A stretch of 56,327 bases of DNA from an uncultured bacterium (GCA_964534375.1 CAZHPN010000011.1:1-56327), one strand, 5' to 3'; counted from the first letter of the stretch, positions 43,801-53,378 are shown. A program made the numbers and translations. Notes: generated by a model not told the origin, from the letters alone.

Positions 43801-45070
43801 TGCGGCAAGACCGGCGACCGCCGACCCGCGGGACCGCGAGGCGGAAAACGTTAGATATTTGCGAAAACTTAAGGACGAGGTCTTGCGCAAATCCCATATC
43901 GAAGATGAGGATCTCTTGCGTGTTGCCAGAGAGGGGTTGGCCCACCGCGTTTATCTGCTCCGTCGCGGCGAAAAATCCCATACCGTGCGGGCGGCGTTGC
44001 ACAAGAAAGTCCTGCCGATTCAAGACATGAACATGAGTCCCTATCGGTCGCCGCGAGCGACGAGATGGTTTTTCGATGGATGTTACAGCCTTTTGAGTAT
44101 TCCGCTGCTCGTTGGCGGCGCGGGAACGTTTGGGGGCGAGGAACCGCCGGCAGCGGAAGATCGCGGTCGTGATAGCCCCGCCTTTTGCATCGGCGTGCTG
44201 AACCTGATTCGCAAGCGGGATCGCGCGAACGATTTTCAATTTTTCAAGACTGACGAGGCGAAATCGGCGGAGAGACTTCAGAATATGCTGGCGGGGAGGC
44301 TGAATCGCAACCTGAAAATACTGTGTTTAGAAAGAAAAAAAAGTCAGGAGCTGCAGAAACTCGATTTCTGGAATGAATTGCCCTCGGTGCAAACGATGAA
44401 AGAGGAGATCGAGAAGACGCTACGGAAAGCGGCCAGGACGTTTATTATAACGCCCTTCGCGGACGTGCCGGGCTTCGACGGGCGACGTCTGCTGCCCGCA
44501 GGTTCGTCGAACTGGGAGGCCCCGCGGGCCATCGACCTGACGCCGGCCACAAAAGTATTGCCGAAAAAAGACGGCCCCAACCACGAGACGAACGCCGTTA
44601 TTGTGGCGCGCGAATCCGATTTCGACGACAAATCGGGCCGGCGACTCGGTGAGATGCTGTTGGTGGCCGATGAGCGCGGCTATCGAAAAATTGCGTTGTT
44701 TCTCAGTTGGCGAATCAACAAGAAAACGAAGGAAACGTTGCCGGAAGCATGGCAATTCGACCGCGGCGTCATCGAACAGGGGCCGCAAAGCGAGGCGGAA
44801 AAATTCGAAGACGCTCGTTATGCTCTGGAATTCGCGTGGAACTGGCTAATGGACGGGCGGGAGGAAAAGCCTCTGCCATCGTTGGGCAAGAGTGAAAGAG
44901 AGGCGCAAAGGATTTGGCTGGTCTTGCCGCGGCAGGCCGGCCCAGAGTGGTGCAGGCCAGCCGAGGGTCGGTTGCCAGATTGGGAAAAAACGCTGGGGCT
45001 CGTGGCCGGGATGCTGCGCCGGGGTCCGACCTATCCAGGCCTGTATTTGGTTGACGACCGACCGATATAA
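40817..45070 (+). CDS. 1417-aa protein with several GAF-like domains, no recognisable output domain
   Basis: SALCVPL..GLINLES; GEGLVGQC..AMPIFFERMCIGALNIE; AAPLIFGTMVFGAIDYE; SLLSIPL..CIGVLNL; GGAG RBS. Confidence 0.75.
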   Translation: MKHLHPRHDDFTRKLLEHEAKLSSALRQEELEGVLERIRDITFVGTSKDLDNFLQLCMLFVTSQFYLKYGKEVYATVTVFNRHRQDPLLHIKPCFYGVGQCQVQDPTIPLIDTAGPIGISGLSFLSGAPLVCGDLPNCKHYIKLSGTSPQSALCVPLMTNLPAAIEKFIPQFNEPRTKHPACVCGRSAEADCAVAPDALTDRVRGVIDRGTYGLINLESGSDIFWPAKCADFFSKTKEPEFWEVVDKMVAVLAQLDNARRPYLVANMISSVNLLSQHNLDPRGAYKALLNEVSKMCNGADATLHLRDLFLDDVKDKARCLRLVVGVGRNFRGFLINERYGLGEGLVGQCVAEKTPLTANEKQIREAMAHGGEGPDGVKFKRLMPATIFNAAMPIFFERMCIGALNIEWDAASLVSVADHNDYFRTLEPFLIRVCAYLSQVIDYFDDLMLPQLRTPPPDEPLTESIDGPHDYFKSHRLLMGYYVRTFLDNAILKGPTIPAEAEVLALQDIVDAAGYHLSGTMNERIQFSVRRWVKNDPPDDDGELKMLVHHGYESEGESVAIKIAEGTVLGRCVKEGWPLFGEVVGTDDDRLLELETLLKRPEMFPDIPDGRYGVRPGNIRFRGAKKRDKTSLYECAAPLIFGTMVFGAIDYEIFILGDIHNRRKDPRRKYEVNYLAILEWARAIAFCLAHVQDRRAGNNELNERQIVNYENFKRLCSQVVANVPMDLNDTFDLTFDYYKDFLPIAQAYLLKPNAGPDSGEDAFFYPPSGFRSTEHREQLREHLRWQWARPTEADEKDRQEEGRKRSDFVPLSDRCELLGGLLVVRPTEVVRIGQPAFTETASRHAVRRLMKLLAGHCANIIKGDKWHKQRAEKEQRNALEDLVQYVLKRTEQFVAAQEDAPSSIVNKFLDNLRVALRPGSVAGESPPFLDDYCWLLYRARPCAITLEIAPILECGSVPTADDQDSRWIFLPKSVENHFVEKVSQGDRAEFIDKIIAARPATADPRDREAENVRYLRKLKDEVLRKSHIEDEDLLRVAREGLAHRVYLLRRGEKSHTVRAALHKKVLPIQDMNMSPYRSPRATRWFFDGCYSLLSIPLLVGGAGTFGGEEPPAAEDRGRDSPAFCIGVLNLIRKRDRANDFQFFKTDEAKSAERLQNMLAGRLNRNLKILCLERKKSQELQKLDFWNELPSVQTMKEEIEKTLRKAARTFIITPFADVPGFDGRRLLPAGSSNWEAPRAIDLTPATKVLPKKDGPNHETNAVIVARESDFDDKSGRRLGEMLLVADERGYRKIALFLSWRINKKTKETLPEAWQFDRGVIEQGPQSEAEKFEDARYALEFAWNWLMDGREEKPLPSLGKSEREAQRIWLVLPRQAGPEWCRPAEGRLPDWEKTLGLVAGMLRRGPTYPGLYLVDDRPI

Positions 45071-45088
45071 AGGGAAGCGAGGGAATAT

Positions 45089-45583
45089 ATGCAAATGTCT
45101 GCCGACCAACCGTCGTCGCTATGGCTCGCGCTCGCGGGCGGTTTTTTGGGCGGGATATTCACGGGCCTAGTGATTCCTTTCTGCCGTTACCTATTCAACC
45201 TGTACTGGGCCAGGGACGAGATGAAGGAGATTCTTGCCGGGCTGGAAGAGTGGCCGACGAATCCCTGGACGGCTTATGCGGTTGTCGAGAGAGACATTGA
45301 ACGGGCGAAAACCATTGCCGGGAAAATCGGCTTCCCGCCTTTGTGGCAAATCAAGCGGCTGGAGGAACTGCGTACACGGTTGTGTTATGTCCGCGGACTC
45401 GTCGGGGTGGAAATTGAATTTCGTGCGTCGGAAAAAGGAAACGAACTGATCATTGCCGACATAAAAGAGGCGGTCGAGCAATGCCGTGAAAAAATATTGA
45501 AGGAGTTTTCGGGCGACACGGCGCGGCGAAGAGGACAGTGTGGCGGACGAGTCCGGGGACAGAATAGATTGGCGCAACGTTAA
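45089..45583 (+). CDS. hypothetical protein with N-terminal TM
   Basis: Follows the multi-GAF gene with a GAGG RBS; stop overlaps a putative IS end. Confidence 0.55.
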   Translation: MQMSADQPSSLWLALAGGFLGGIFTGLVIPFCRYLFNLYWARDEMKEILAGLEEWPTNPWTAYAVVERDIERAKTIAGKIGFPPLWQIKRLEELRTRLCYVRGLVGVEIEFRASEKGNELIIADIKEAVEQCREKILKEFSGDTARRRGQCGGRVRGQNRLAQR

Positions 45584-45850
45584 CGGCTTTTCGTATCTGC
45601 TGCCGCCGATAATCTCCTGATATTCACATCGCGCCCAACCAAGCAGTTGGTGGTTTTTCTTTCGTCGTTTGAAGGCGCGGGGTTCGGGGCGATTGCGCCG
45701 GTCGGGGAGGCGATCGGCGGCACGCTGGCTCATCAGGACGACGTTAGCGGCCACGGAGTCGGGGGCGAAGCGGAAGATCGGCTTGCATGGGACAATGGTG
45801 GCGATGACGCCTTTGAAGCTTAGCCGGAAGGCGTCGGTTCTGTATTCGGC
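45568..45850 (-). mobile_element. IS4-family transposase 3' remnant
   Basis: RLSFKG and PDRRNRPEPRAFKRRKKNHQLL resemble IS4-family C-termini; no DDE core visible. Confidence 0.55.
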
Positions 45851-46182
45851 GGCGGCCTGGAACATCGGCAGGCGGTCCGACAACCGCCGGAGGCTGATGC
45901 TGACCATCGCCGAACTGCGCACGCTACTGCTTGCAATCTTGGGGCAACCCGGCACCGGAGCAGCCAAACGAAGCCGTTGATATTATGGGGCTGTTCCCTT
46001 GGCGTAGCGCCATTCCATTGTCCCGCGGAATTCAGCGAAAAAAGTGTGTCCCATGTTCGCGCCCGCGGCCGAATCTTGACGCACGCAACCCGGCCGCGTA
46101 AAACCGATGTCGACGTTACGCATCTGCGATTTGCAAATGTGGATTCATCTCCGGCCCGGCCGGCAGGCAAGGGAGAGCGCCG

Positions 46183-47202
46183 ATGTCGCGCAAACTGTAT
46201 TTTCTATTTCTCATGGCGGCGGGTTTCGCGATCGCCTGCGCGTCCCGCCACAGCGAAATCGCGCACCAGGCGGTCGGCCCCGTGGCGCCGGCCCTTCACG
46301 CCATTTGGGGAACGTCTCCCTCCGACGTATTCGCCGTGGGGGCAGCCCTTATCGGCGGCGCGATTCTGCACTATGACGGCTCGTCCTGGGCCGAAATGGC
46401 GGGCGACGGCGCAGCCTTTTCGCTTTCCGGGGTTTGGGGTTCCTCGGCTTCCGACGTGTTCGCCGTGGGACAAGACCCCACCGAAACCCTCGGCATGATC
46501 TTGCACTACGACGGATCGTCCTGGTCGGCGAAGACGGCCGGCGATCCGACAAGCGGGCTTTCCGCCGTCTGGGGTTCCTCGGCGTCCGACGTGTTTGCGG
46601 TGGGCTGCAACGGCAGTTCGGCCAAATCTTGCGAACAAGCGACGATTCTGCATTATGACGGTTCGTCGTGGTCGGCGATGACGCCCGGCGATTCGACCGC
46701 CGCGCTTTCCGGCGTTTGGGGGACCTCGGCGTCCGACGTTTTCGCGGTGGGGTACGCGATGGTCTTGCATTACGACGGCGCGTCGTGGTCGATGACGGAG
46801 AACGGGTCGACGTTTGCGCTGCTTTCCGCGGTTTGGGGCGCCTCGGCTTCCGAGGTGTTCGCCGTGGGGCAAGGCCTTACCGTCCGCAATGGCGCCGTCT
46901 TGTACTACAACGGTTCGGTATGGACGGTGGGTGACGTGCCGATGTTGCCCTCCATGCTTTCCGGCATTTGGGGAGCCTCGCTGTCCGACATTTTCGTCGT
47001 CGGGTACGATTCCCACACCCGCGGCGCGATCTTGCACCTCGACGGCGATTCGTGGTCCGCAATGTCGATCGGCGTTGCCACCCCGCCACTGCTCGGCGTT
47101 TGGGGATCGTCGCCCACCGACGTTTTCGCCGTCGGCGGGCTCGAAAACTACGGGGGCGCAATTTCGCACTACGACGGCTCGTCGTGGCGGCGACAATTAT
47201 GA
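46183..47202 (+). CDS. lipoprotein, 7-repeat beta-propeller
   Basis: Lipobox AIAC; seven (V/I)WG.S.SDVFAVG..ILHYDGSSW repeats. Confidence 0.88.
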   Translation: MSRKLYFLFLMAAGFAIACASRHSEIAHQAVGPVAPALHAIWGTSPSDVFAVGAALIGGAILHYDGSSWAEMAGDGAAFSLSGVWGSSASDVFAVGQDPTETLGMILHYDGSSWSAKTAGDPTSGLSAVWGSSASDVFAVGCNGSSAKSCEQATILHYDGSSWSAMTPGDSTAALSGVWGTSASDVFAVGYAMVLHYDGASWSMTENGSTFALLSAVWGASASEVFAVGQGLTVRNGAVLYYNGSVWTVGDVPMLPSMLSGIWGASLSDIFVVGYDSHTRGAILHLDGDSWSAMSIGVATPPLLGVWGSSPTDVFAVGGLENYGGAISHYDGSSWRRQL

Positions 47203-47227
47203 TATACAACAAACGCGAGCGGAAGCG

Positions 47228-49420
47228 ATGACTCCCAAAGCCCGATTTGTTTTGGCGATGGCGTTGCTGGCGCTGGCGGCCATTGCGGCGGCCTCCTGCG
47301 CCGCCGGCAAAAGCGCGACGCACCATCAGCTCCCGATGGACGACGATTCCTCGCCCATGGCGGACGACGACGACAATGACGACGTTTCGCCGGGCGACGA
47401 CGATGTTTCACCGCTCGACGATGATGACGACGACATTTCGCCGATCGTCATCGACGACGATTCGTCGCCGAGCGATGACGACGACACGGCGCCGCTATGC
47501 CCGCCGTCGATCACGCCGCCGTCGGCGACGGTGACGATCGATCCGGCGAGCGGCGGGCGGCGGTTCGACGGCTTCGGCGCGATCTCGAGCGCGGGCAATT
47601 CGCGCTATCTGATCGATTACCCCGAGCCACAACGCAGCCAGATTCTCGATTACCTCTTCAAGCCCGGCTACGGCGCAGCGCTGCACATCCTCAAGGTCGA
47701 AATCGGCGGCGACATGAACAGCACCAGCGGCGCCGACGCGAGCCACATGCATACGGCCGACGATCTCGACTGCAACCGCAGCTATCAGTGGTGGATGATC
47801 GGCGAGGCGAAAAAACGCAACCCGAATATCCTCATTTACGGCCTCGCCTGGGGCGCGCCGTCGTGGGTGCGCGACCCGAATTACTGGTCGAAAGAAACGC
47901 TCGATTACCTGCTCGCGTGGATCGAATGCGGCGGCACGCATCATTTCATGCTCGATTACCTCGGCGGGCGCAACGAGTCGATGCGCTGGAGCCCCCAGTG
48001 GTTCATTGCGCTCAAGGCGGCGCTCCAGGCGCGCGGCTGGCCGACAAAAATCGTCGCGGCCGACACCAACTCCAACGACGGCTGGGACTTTCCCGAGGCG
48101 CTGGCGAACGACCCCGCGCTCGCCGCGGTCATCGACGTCGTCGGCGTGCATTACCCGTGCGTCGGCGACGGCCCGCACTGCTCGTTCTCGCAGACGGCGA
48201 TCGATCTGGGCAAGCCGTTGTGGGCGAGTGAGGCCAGCGGCGGCGTCGGCGATTGGGCGCGCATCATGAATCGCCAATACCTCGACGCGCGCATCACCGG
48301 CCAGATCAACTGGCCGATGATCGCGTCGGCCGCCGCCGGCGCGGCGCTCAGCGGCAACGGCGTGATCGACGCGCGCCAGCCGTGGTCCGGCGCGTACACG
48401 GTCTCGCCCGAGTTGTGGGTCTGGGCGCACCTTACGCAATTTGCGCAGCCGGGCTGGCGCTATCTCGACGGCGCCTGTGGCTATCCGCAAAACGCCGACG
48501 GCAGCAGCTACACAACGCTGCTCTCGCCCGACGGCCGCGACCTGTCGATCCTCGTCGAAACGACGCTGACCTCCGATCCGGAAACGCTCGCCTTCGCGCT
48601 CGCCCCCGCCGCGCCGCACCAGCGGCTGCACGTCTGGGCCTCGAACCTCGGCTCCTCGAACAACGACGATTTTCTGGTGCACCAGTGCGACGTCGTCCCC
48701 GTCGACGGACAATTTTCCCTGACCTTTCAGCCGAATTATCAATACACGATTTCCACGACGCGCGGGCAGGGCAAGGGCGACGCCGCCGGGCCGAGCCCGG
48801 CCTCGTTTCCGCTGCCTTACGCCGACGATTTCGATGGCGACGCGCCCGGCCGCGAGGCGCCGTGGCTGGCGACGCAGATGGGCGCGTTCGAGGTGGGGCC
48901 CTGCGGCGGCGGCCGCAGCGGGCAGTGCGTGGCGCAAACGGCGGTCGGCCTGCCGATCGTCTGGAGTTTCCCGAACATGCTCGGCACGCCGTTCACGCTC
49001 GTCGGCGACGGCTCGCTCACCGATTACGAAATCACCGTCGACGCGCTGCTCGAGGACGACGGCGAGGTGCGGCTGCTCGGCCGCTACGCGAACCAGGTTT
49101 TCAACTGGCTGTCGCTGAACACCGGCTACGAATTCTCGCTCGCTTCCGACGGCGCGTGGGAAATCAGGCGCGACGAAACGTCCGTGCCGCCGGTCGCGCT
49201 AGCCTCGGGAACGACGGCCGCGTGGCCGGTCGGAACCTGGAAAACGCTCAGCTTTATGCTGCAAGGCCCGCAAATCACCGCCTCGGTCGACGGCGTGCAA
49301 ATCGCGACCGTGACCGACGACAATTACACCGCGGGCGAGGCGGGCTTCGGCATCGGCGGCGGCGCGGGCACGGCCTTCATTCCGGCGCAGTTCGATAATC
49401 TGAAAATTGCGGCGCCATAG
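47228..49420 (+). CDS. GH59 galactosylceramidase-like lipoprotein with Asp-rich stalk
   Basis: AASC lipobox; FDGFGAIS, SRYLIDYPEPQRSQILDYLFKP.YGA.LHILKVEIGGD, GVHYP, KPLWASE. Confidence 0.9.
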   Translation: MTPKARFVLAMALLALAAIAAASCAAGKSATHHQLPMDDDSSPMADDDDNDDVSPGDDDVSPLDDDDDDISPIVIDDDSSPSDDDDTAPLCPPSITPPSATVTIDPASGGRRFDGFGAISSAGNSRYLIDYPEPQRSQILDYLFKPGYGAALHILKVEIGGDMNSTSGADASHMHTADDLDCNRSYQWWMIGEAKKRNPNILIYGLAWGAPSWVRDPNYWSKETLDYLLAWIECGGTHHFMLDYLGGRNESMRWSPQWFIALKAALQARGWPTKIVAADTNSNDGWDFPEALANDPALAAVIDVVGVHYPCVGDGPHCSFSQTAIDLGKPLWASEASGGVGDWARIMNRQYLDARITGQINWPMIASAAAGAALSGNGVIDARQPWSGAYTVSPELWVWAHLTQFAQPGWRYLDGACGYPQNADGSSYTTLLSPDGRDLSILVETTLTSDPETLAFALAPAAPHQRLHVWASNLGSSNNDDFLVHQCDVVPVDGQFSLTFQPNYQYTISTTRGQGKGDAAGPSPASFPLPYADDFDGDAPGREAPWLATQMGAFEVGPCGGGRSGQCVAQTAVGLPIVWSFPNMLGTPFTLVGDGSLTDYEITVDALLEDDGEVRLLGRYANQVFNWLSLNTGYEFSLASDGAWEIRRDETSVPPVALASGTTAAWPVGTWKTLSFMLQGPQITASVDGVQIATVTDDNYTAGEAGFGIGGGAGTAFIPAQFDNLKIAAP

Positions 49421-49440
49421 GGCGGCGGAGCCGCGACGAA

Positions 49441-49470
49441 ATTGCCGATTGCGGATTGCGGATTGCGGAA
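49441..49470. repeat. heptamer repeats (ATTGCGG)n
   Basis: attgccgattgcggattgcggattgcggaa just after the GH59 stop. Confidence 0.7.
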
Positions 49471-49611
49471 TGCCCACGAAATACCGTTCGCCGGGCGTTT
49501 TCGCGCCATATGGAACATGTTTGCCGAACGCCGGACCGGCGCCCGGATTCGGCAGCGTCGTCGTCTCCTGCGACTTGGGTTATAATGCCCGCAAAACTCG
49601 ATGGGGACGCC

Positions 49612-51111
49612 ATGGCCACACCCATGAAATTGCCCGAGTCGTTGACGCCGGTCCGTATTCACGTGGAGGCGCAGTATCCGATTCTCTACCTGCTTTCGTG
49701 GGAGGAGGCGCGGGTCGTTAGCCATTTGGTGATGCTGGCGGCGGCGCTCGACCCGGTGCGGCTGGTGTACACCTGGTCGCGGACGGAAGGCTGCCCGGAG
49801 GACCCGGAAGACCCCGGCGCGTACAAGGACGACCCGGTTGGGATGATGGACTTCGCGATCAGCTCGACCGAGCCGGCCATTTTCATCATGAAAGACCTGC
49901 ACCCGTTTATCCGCGAGCGCGCCGATGTGGTCCGGCGGCTGCGCGACGTCTACCAGGCGCTGCGCGGCGCCAGGAAGACGCTGGTCATCCTCGCGCCGCT
50001 GCTGGTCATCCCGGCGGAGAACGAGAAGGAAATCATCGTCCTGGATTATCCCCTGCCCGACGTGCAGGAAACCGGCGAGATCATGGCCGAGACCGTCGAC
50101 GCGATCAAACCGGGCGCTTTGGCGCGGCTGCCCGAACGAAAGGGCGAAGAGTTGATGCGGGCCTTCATCGGCCTGACCGCCGACGAAATCGCGCTGGTGG
50201 CGAATAAGATTTTCCTGCGCCGCGGCAAGATCGACGAGACCGCCCAGGAAGACGTGATCGAGGAAAAACGGATGATCCTGCGCAAATCCGAAATCCTCGA
50301 ATATTTTCCGTCGGACATCCGCATGCGCCACGTCGGCGGCCTGAAGAACCTCAAACGCTGGGCGCAGATTCGGTTGAAGGGCTTTTCCGACGAAGCGCGG
50401 AAGTTCGGCCTGCCGATGCCGCGCGGCGTGCTCATCACCGGCATCTCCGGCTGCGGCAAAAGCCTGTGCATTCAGGCGCTGGCCCACATGTGGGCGCTGC
50501 CGCTGTTGCGCCTCGACATGGGCCGCGTGTTTTCCGGTTTCGCCGGCACGCCCGAAGAAAGCTTGCGGCGGGCGATCCTCACCGTCGAGGCGCTGGCCCC
50601 GGCCATCCTCTGGATCGACGAAATCGAGATGGGCGTCAGCGTCTTCTCCGATTCGGTCGAGTCGGGCGCCACGTCGCGCATTTTCGCGATGTTCCTGACC
50701 TGGATGCAGGAAAAGAAGGCGCCGGTGTTTATCGCCGCCACGTCCAACGACATCGACCGCCTGCCGCCGGAAATGATCCGCAAGGGCCGCTTCGACGAGA
50801 TCTTCTTCGTCGATCTCCCGCGGATCGAAGAGCGCATCGAAATCATCAAAATCCACCTCGAAAAGCGCGGCAAACGCGCCAGCGAAGTCAGCATCGAGGG
50901 CCTGGCGAAGGCCGCCGACGGGTTCACCGGCGCGGAAATCGAACAGGCCGTCGTCACCGCGATGTACGAAGCGTTCAACCTCAACCGCGAACTGGAAATC
51001 GGCGACATTTATCGATCGCTCGGCAACATGGTGCCGCTGTCGGTGACCATGAAAGAACAGATCACCAAGACCAAACGCTGGGCGGACAACCGCGCCGTCC
51101 GCGCCTCGTGA
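49612..51111 (+). CDS. Ycf46-like AAA+ ATPase
   Basis: KDLHPF, VGGLKNLKRW, GISGCGKS, LWIDEIE, RKGRFDEIFFVDLP, WADNRAVRAS; TATAAT at 49581. Confidence 0.9.
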   Translation: MATPMKLPESLTPVRIHVEAQYPILYLLSWEEARVVSHLVMLAAALDPVRLVYTWSRTEGCPEDPEDPGAYKDDPVGMMDFAISSTEPAIFIMKDLHPFIRERADVVRRLRDVYQALRGARKTLVILAPLLVIPAENEKEIIVLDYPLPDVQETGEIMAETVDAIKPGALARLPERKGEELMRAFIGLTADEIALVANKIFLRRGKIDETAQEDVIEEKRMILRKSEILEYFPSDIRMRHVGGLKNLKRWAQIRLKGFSDEARKFGLPMPRGVLITGISGCGKSLCIQALAHMWALPLLRLDMGRVFSGFAGTPEESLRRAILTVEALAPAILWIDEIEMGVSVFSDSVESGATSRIFAMFLTWMQEKKAPVFIAATSNDIDRLPPEMIRKGRFDEIFFVDLPRIEERIEIIKIHLEKRGKRASEVSIEGLAKAADGFTGAEIEQAVVTAMYEAFNLNRELEIGDIYRSLGNMVPLSVTMKEQITKTKRWADNRAVRAS

Positions 51112-51310
51112 GCGGGAAAAAAGTCGCAGGGGATCTTTCTTACAGGATGGACAGGATCAGCGGGCTTTGGCGGCGCGTCGGGACGCCTGTCTGCAAGTAA
51201 TTGTCCGCCGAACCCGTGATGACTGACCGCTGTCCATTGTTCACTGTCCGCTGTTCACCGCTCACTGTTCACTGCCTGCGCGCGCGCTCCGCGCGCCGGG
51301 CGCGCGCGTG

Positions 51311-51339
51311 TTGACACGTCGGCGGGGCCGCGTTAAAAA
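51311..51339 (+). promoter_or_regulatory. putative sigma-70 promoter of purC
   Basis: TTGACA-N17-TAAAAA. Confidence 0.45.
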
Positions 51340-51377
51340 CCTCCTGCCTTTCCACCACTGAATCAAGGGGCGTCGCG

Positions 51378-52580
51378 ATGATCAACGTGCGTCGGTTCAA
51401 GACGATCTATGCCGGCTCGGTGAAAAACCTGCGCGTGAAGATTCGGCCGACGAAGAGCCGGCCGGGCGTGTATTTGTTCGAATTCACGGACGATTACTCG
51501 ATTTTCGACTACGGCAAGATGCCCGACCAGATTCCAGGCAAGGGCGCGACGGCGGCGATCATCACGGCCTATTTGTTTGAACGGCTCGGCAGCGCACAGG
51601 CCTGGCGCGACTTTTCGGCGTCGAAGGCGCTGCAAAAATTGAAGAGCCGCGAGTTGCGCGACGAATTGCTCGCGTCGAAGGCCCTGAGGCGGCTCCAGCA
51701 AAAGGGCATGCCGACGCACTACCGCGGCATTCTCAACCAGGACGGCAAGACGGTCACGCTGGCCAAACTGAAAGAGCCGAGCAACGTCATCGAGGTCAAC
51801 GCGGCCAACATCATTCACCCGCAAGACATGTTTTACGCGGGCCGGCGGATTTGGAACTACAACCACATCCACGACTGCCTGACCAACTTCCTCGTGCCGC
51901 TGGAATGCGTGTTTCGGTTCGGCATGCCCGCGGGCAGCAGCCTGGTGAAGCGGCTGGAAACGCTGCCGAATTATCACGTCGAACTGGGCCTCAAGACGAA
52001 GCCGACGGGGGCCGGCATGCTGCCGCGGCCGATTCTCGAATTTTTCAGCAAACTCGAACCGGCCGACCGCCTGCTGCCGCACGAATTGGCGCTCAACATC
52101 GCCGGCGTCAACAACGAGAACTTCCTGCTGATCACGCACTACACGCTGCTGCTGGCGCTGTTCCTGCGCGAGGAGTTCGCCAAGGCGAAGGTCGAGTTGT
52201 GGGACGGCAAATTCGAATTCGTCAACATGAGCGGCATCGCCCTGGGCGACGCGATCACGCCGGACGAACTGCGGCTGACGATGCGCGGCGTGCAGCTCTC
52301 GAAAGAGCCGGTGCGCCAGTATTACCGCAAATACGCCCCCGCATTCGTGGAAGCGATGGACCAGGCGAAAAAGATCGCCGTCAAGATCGACAAGCCGCTG
52401 GCGAAGATCGTCAACGACGACCTCAAGTGCCCGCCGCCGGTCATGGACCCCGAATTTCGCGCGGCCGTGCGCGACATGTACGTCGGCCTGACCGAAGCCG
52501 TTTGCGGCGGCGGCCTGTTCGGCAAAACGCCGCCGCTGGAAAAAGCGATGCAGGTCTACCGCCGCTTCGGGATCGCGTGA
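51378..52580 (+). CDS. purC: SAICAR synthetase (long form)
   Basis: GSVKNL, FTDDYSIFDYGKMPDQIPGKG, VPLECVFR, GSSL, SKLEP.DR, DGKFEF, TPDELR, LSKE. Confidence 0.85.
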   Translation: MINVRRFKTIYAGSVKNLRVKIRPTKSRPGVYLFEFTDDYSIFDYGKMPDQIPGKGATAAIITAYLFERLGSAQAWRDFSASKALQKLKSRELRDELLASKALRRLQQKGMPTHYRGILNQDGKTVTLAKLKEPSNVIEVNAANIIHPQDMFYAGRRIWNYNHIHDCLTNFLVPLECVFRFGMPAGSSLVKRLETLPNYHVELGLKTKPTGAGMLPRPILEFFSKLEPADRLLPHELALNIAGVNNENFLLITHYTLLLALFLREEFAKAKVELWDGKFEFVNMSGIALGDAITPDELRLTMRGVQLSKEPVRQYYRKYAPAFVEAMDQAKKIAVKIDKPLAKIVNDDLKCPPPVMDPEFRAAVRDMYVGLTEAVCGGGLFGKTPPLEKAMQVYRRFGIA

Positions 52581-53038
52581 TGGCGTTCGACCCGAAGAAA
52601 TTCGACCTGGCGAAACTGGAGTTGTCGATCGACGTCGACGGCCGCTGGCGGCAGAACGACGTGGAAATCACCCACGCCGGCGTGCTTGCGATGCTCTATC
52701 GCTCGCTGAAAAAAATGGGCGACGGCTATTTCGTTTGCGCCGAAGGGCTCTGCGTGCCGCTGCGCGTCGTCGATTGCCCGTACGTCGTGCTCGCCGTGCG
52801 GCCGCTCGCCGACGGCGTGCAACTGCTGCTGACCGACGGCGCCCACGTCCTGCTCGACCCGCACACGTTGACCATCGACGCGGCCAACGTGCCGCGCTGC
52901 CTCGTGCGCGAAGACGGCTCGTGCGCGCGCTTCTCCCGCGCGGCCTGGATGCAACTGGCCGAAAGCATCGAAGAGAGCGGCGAGGGCGGGTTCATTTTGC
53001 GCGCCGGCGGGCGGGAATATCCGCTGAAGGTCGGGTAG
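52580..53038 (+). CDS. DUF1285-like protein
   Basis: IDVDGRW....VEITH, VVDCPYVV, ARFSRAAW.QL; start overlaps the purC stop. Confidence 0.7.
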   Translation: MAFDPKKFDLAKLELSIDVDGRWRQNDVEITHAGVLAMLYRSLKKMGDGYFVCAEGLCVPLRVVDCPYVVLAVRPLADGVQLLLTDGAHVLLDPHTLTIDAANVPRCLVREDGSCARFSRAAWMQLAESIEESGEGGFILRAGGREYPLKVG

Positions 53039-53059
53039 AAACCGAGGCGCGCGGCGCCG

Positions 53060-53356
53060 TCATTGGCTTGGCGGCGGGTCGAGGGCTTTCTGCGCTTCCT
53101 TCAAACTGTCGTCGAGTTGCTGCTGCGCTTTCGCCGCTTCGTCTTTCGCCTTTTGCACGATCTTTCCCGCGCCGCCGTACTCGTACACCCCGGGCAGCGT
53201 CTCGCTGCTTTTGGCCGCGGGCTTTCCAGCGTTGTCGGCCGCCGGCAGGGCCTTGTGCAACGCGTGCACGACATACACGAGCACGATGGCGGCCAGCAGC
53301 GCCATCATGATGAACTTGAACGCCGGGCGGGTCATGAAATCCAGCAGGTAACGCAT
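53060..53356 (-). CDS. small single-TM hypothetical protein
   Basis: 98 aa, GGAGG RBS, downstream of lptG. Confidence 0.7.
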   Translation of the reverse strand: MRYLLDFMTRPAFKFIMMALLAAIVLVYVVHALHKALPAADNAGKPAAKSSETLPGVYEYGGAGKIVQKAKDEAAKAQQQLDDSLKEAQKALDPPPSQ

Positions 53357-53378
53357 TTTGACCTCCCGCTTCCGTCGG

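Noticed and set aside
49612..51111. Ycf46-like ATPase as part of a defence or secretion system
   Set aside because: Neighbours (GH59, purC) give no supporting context
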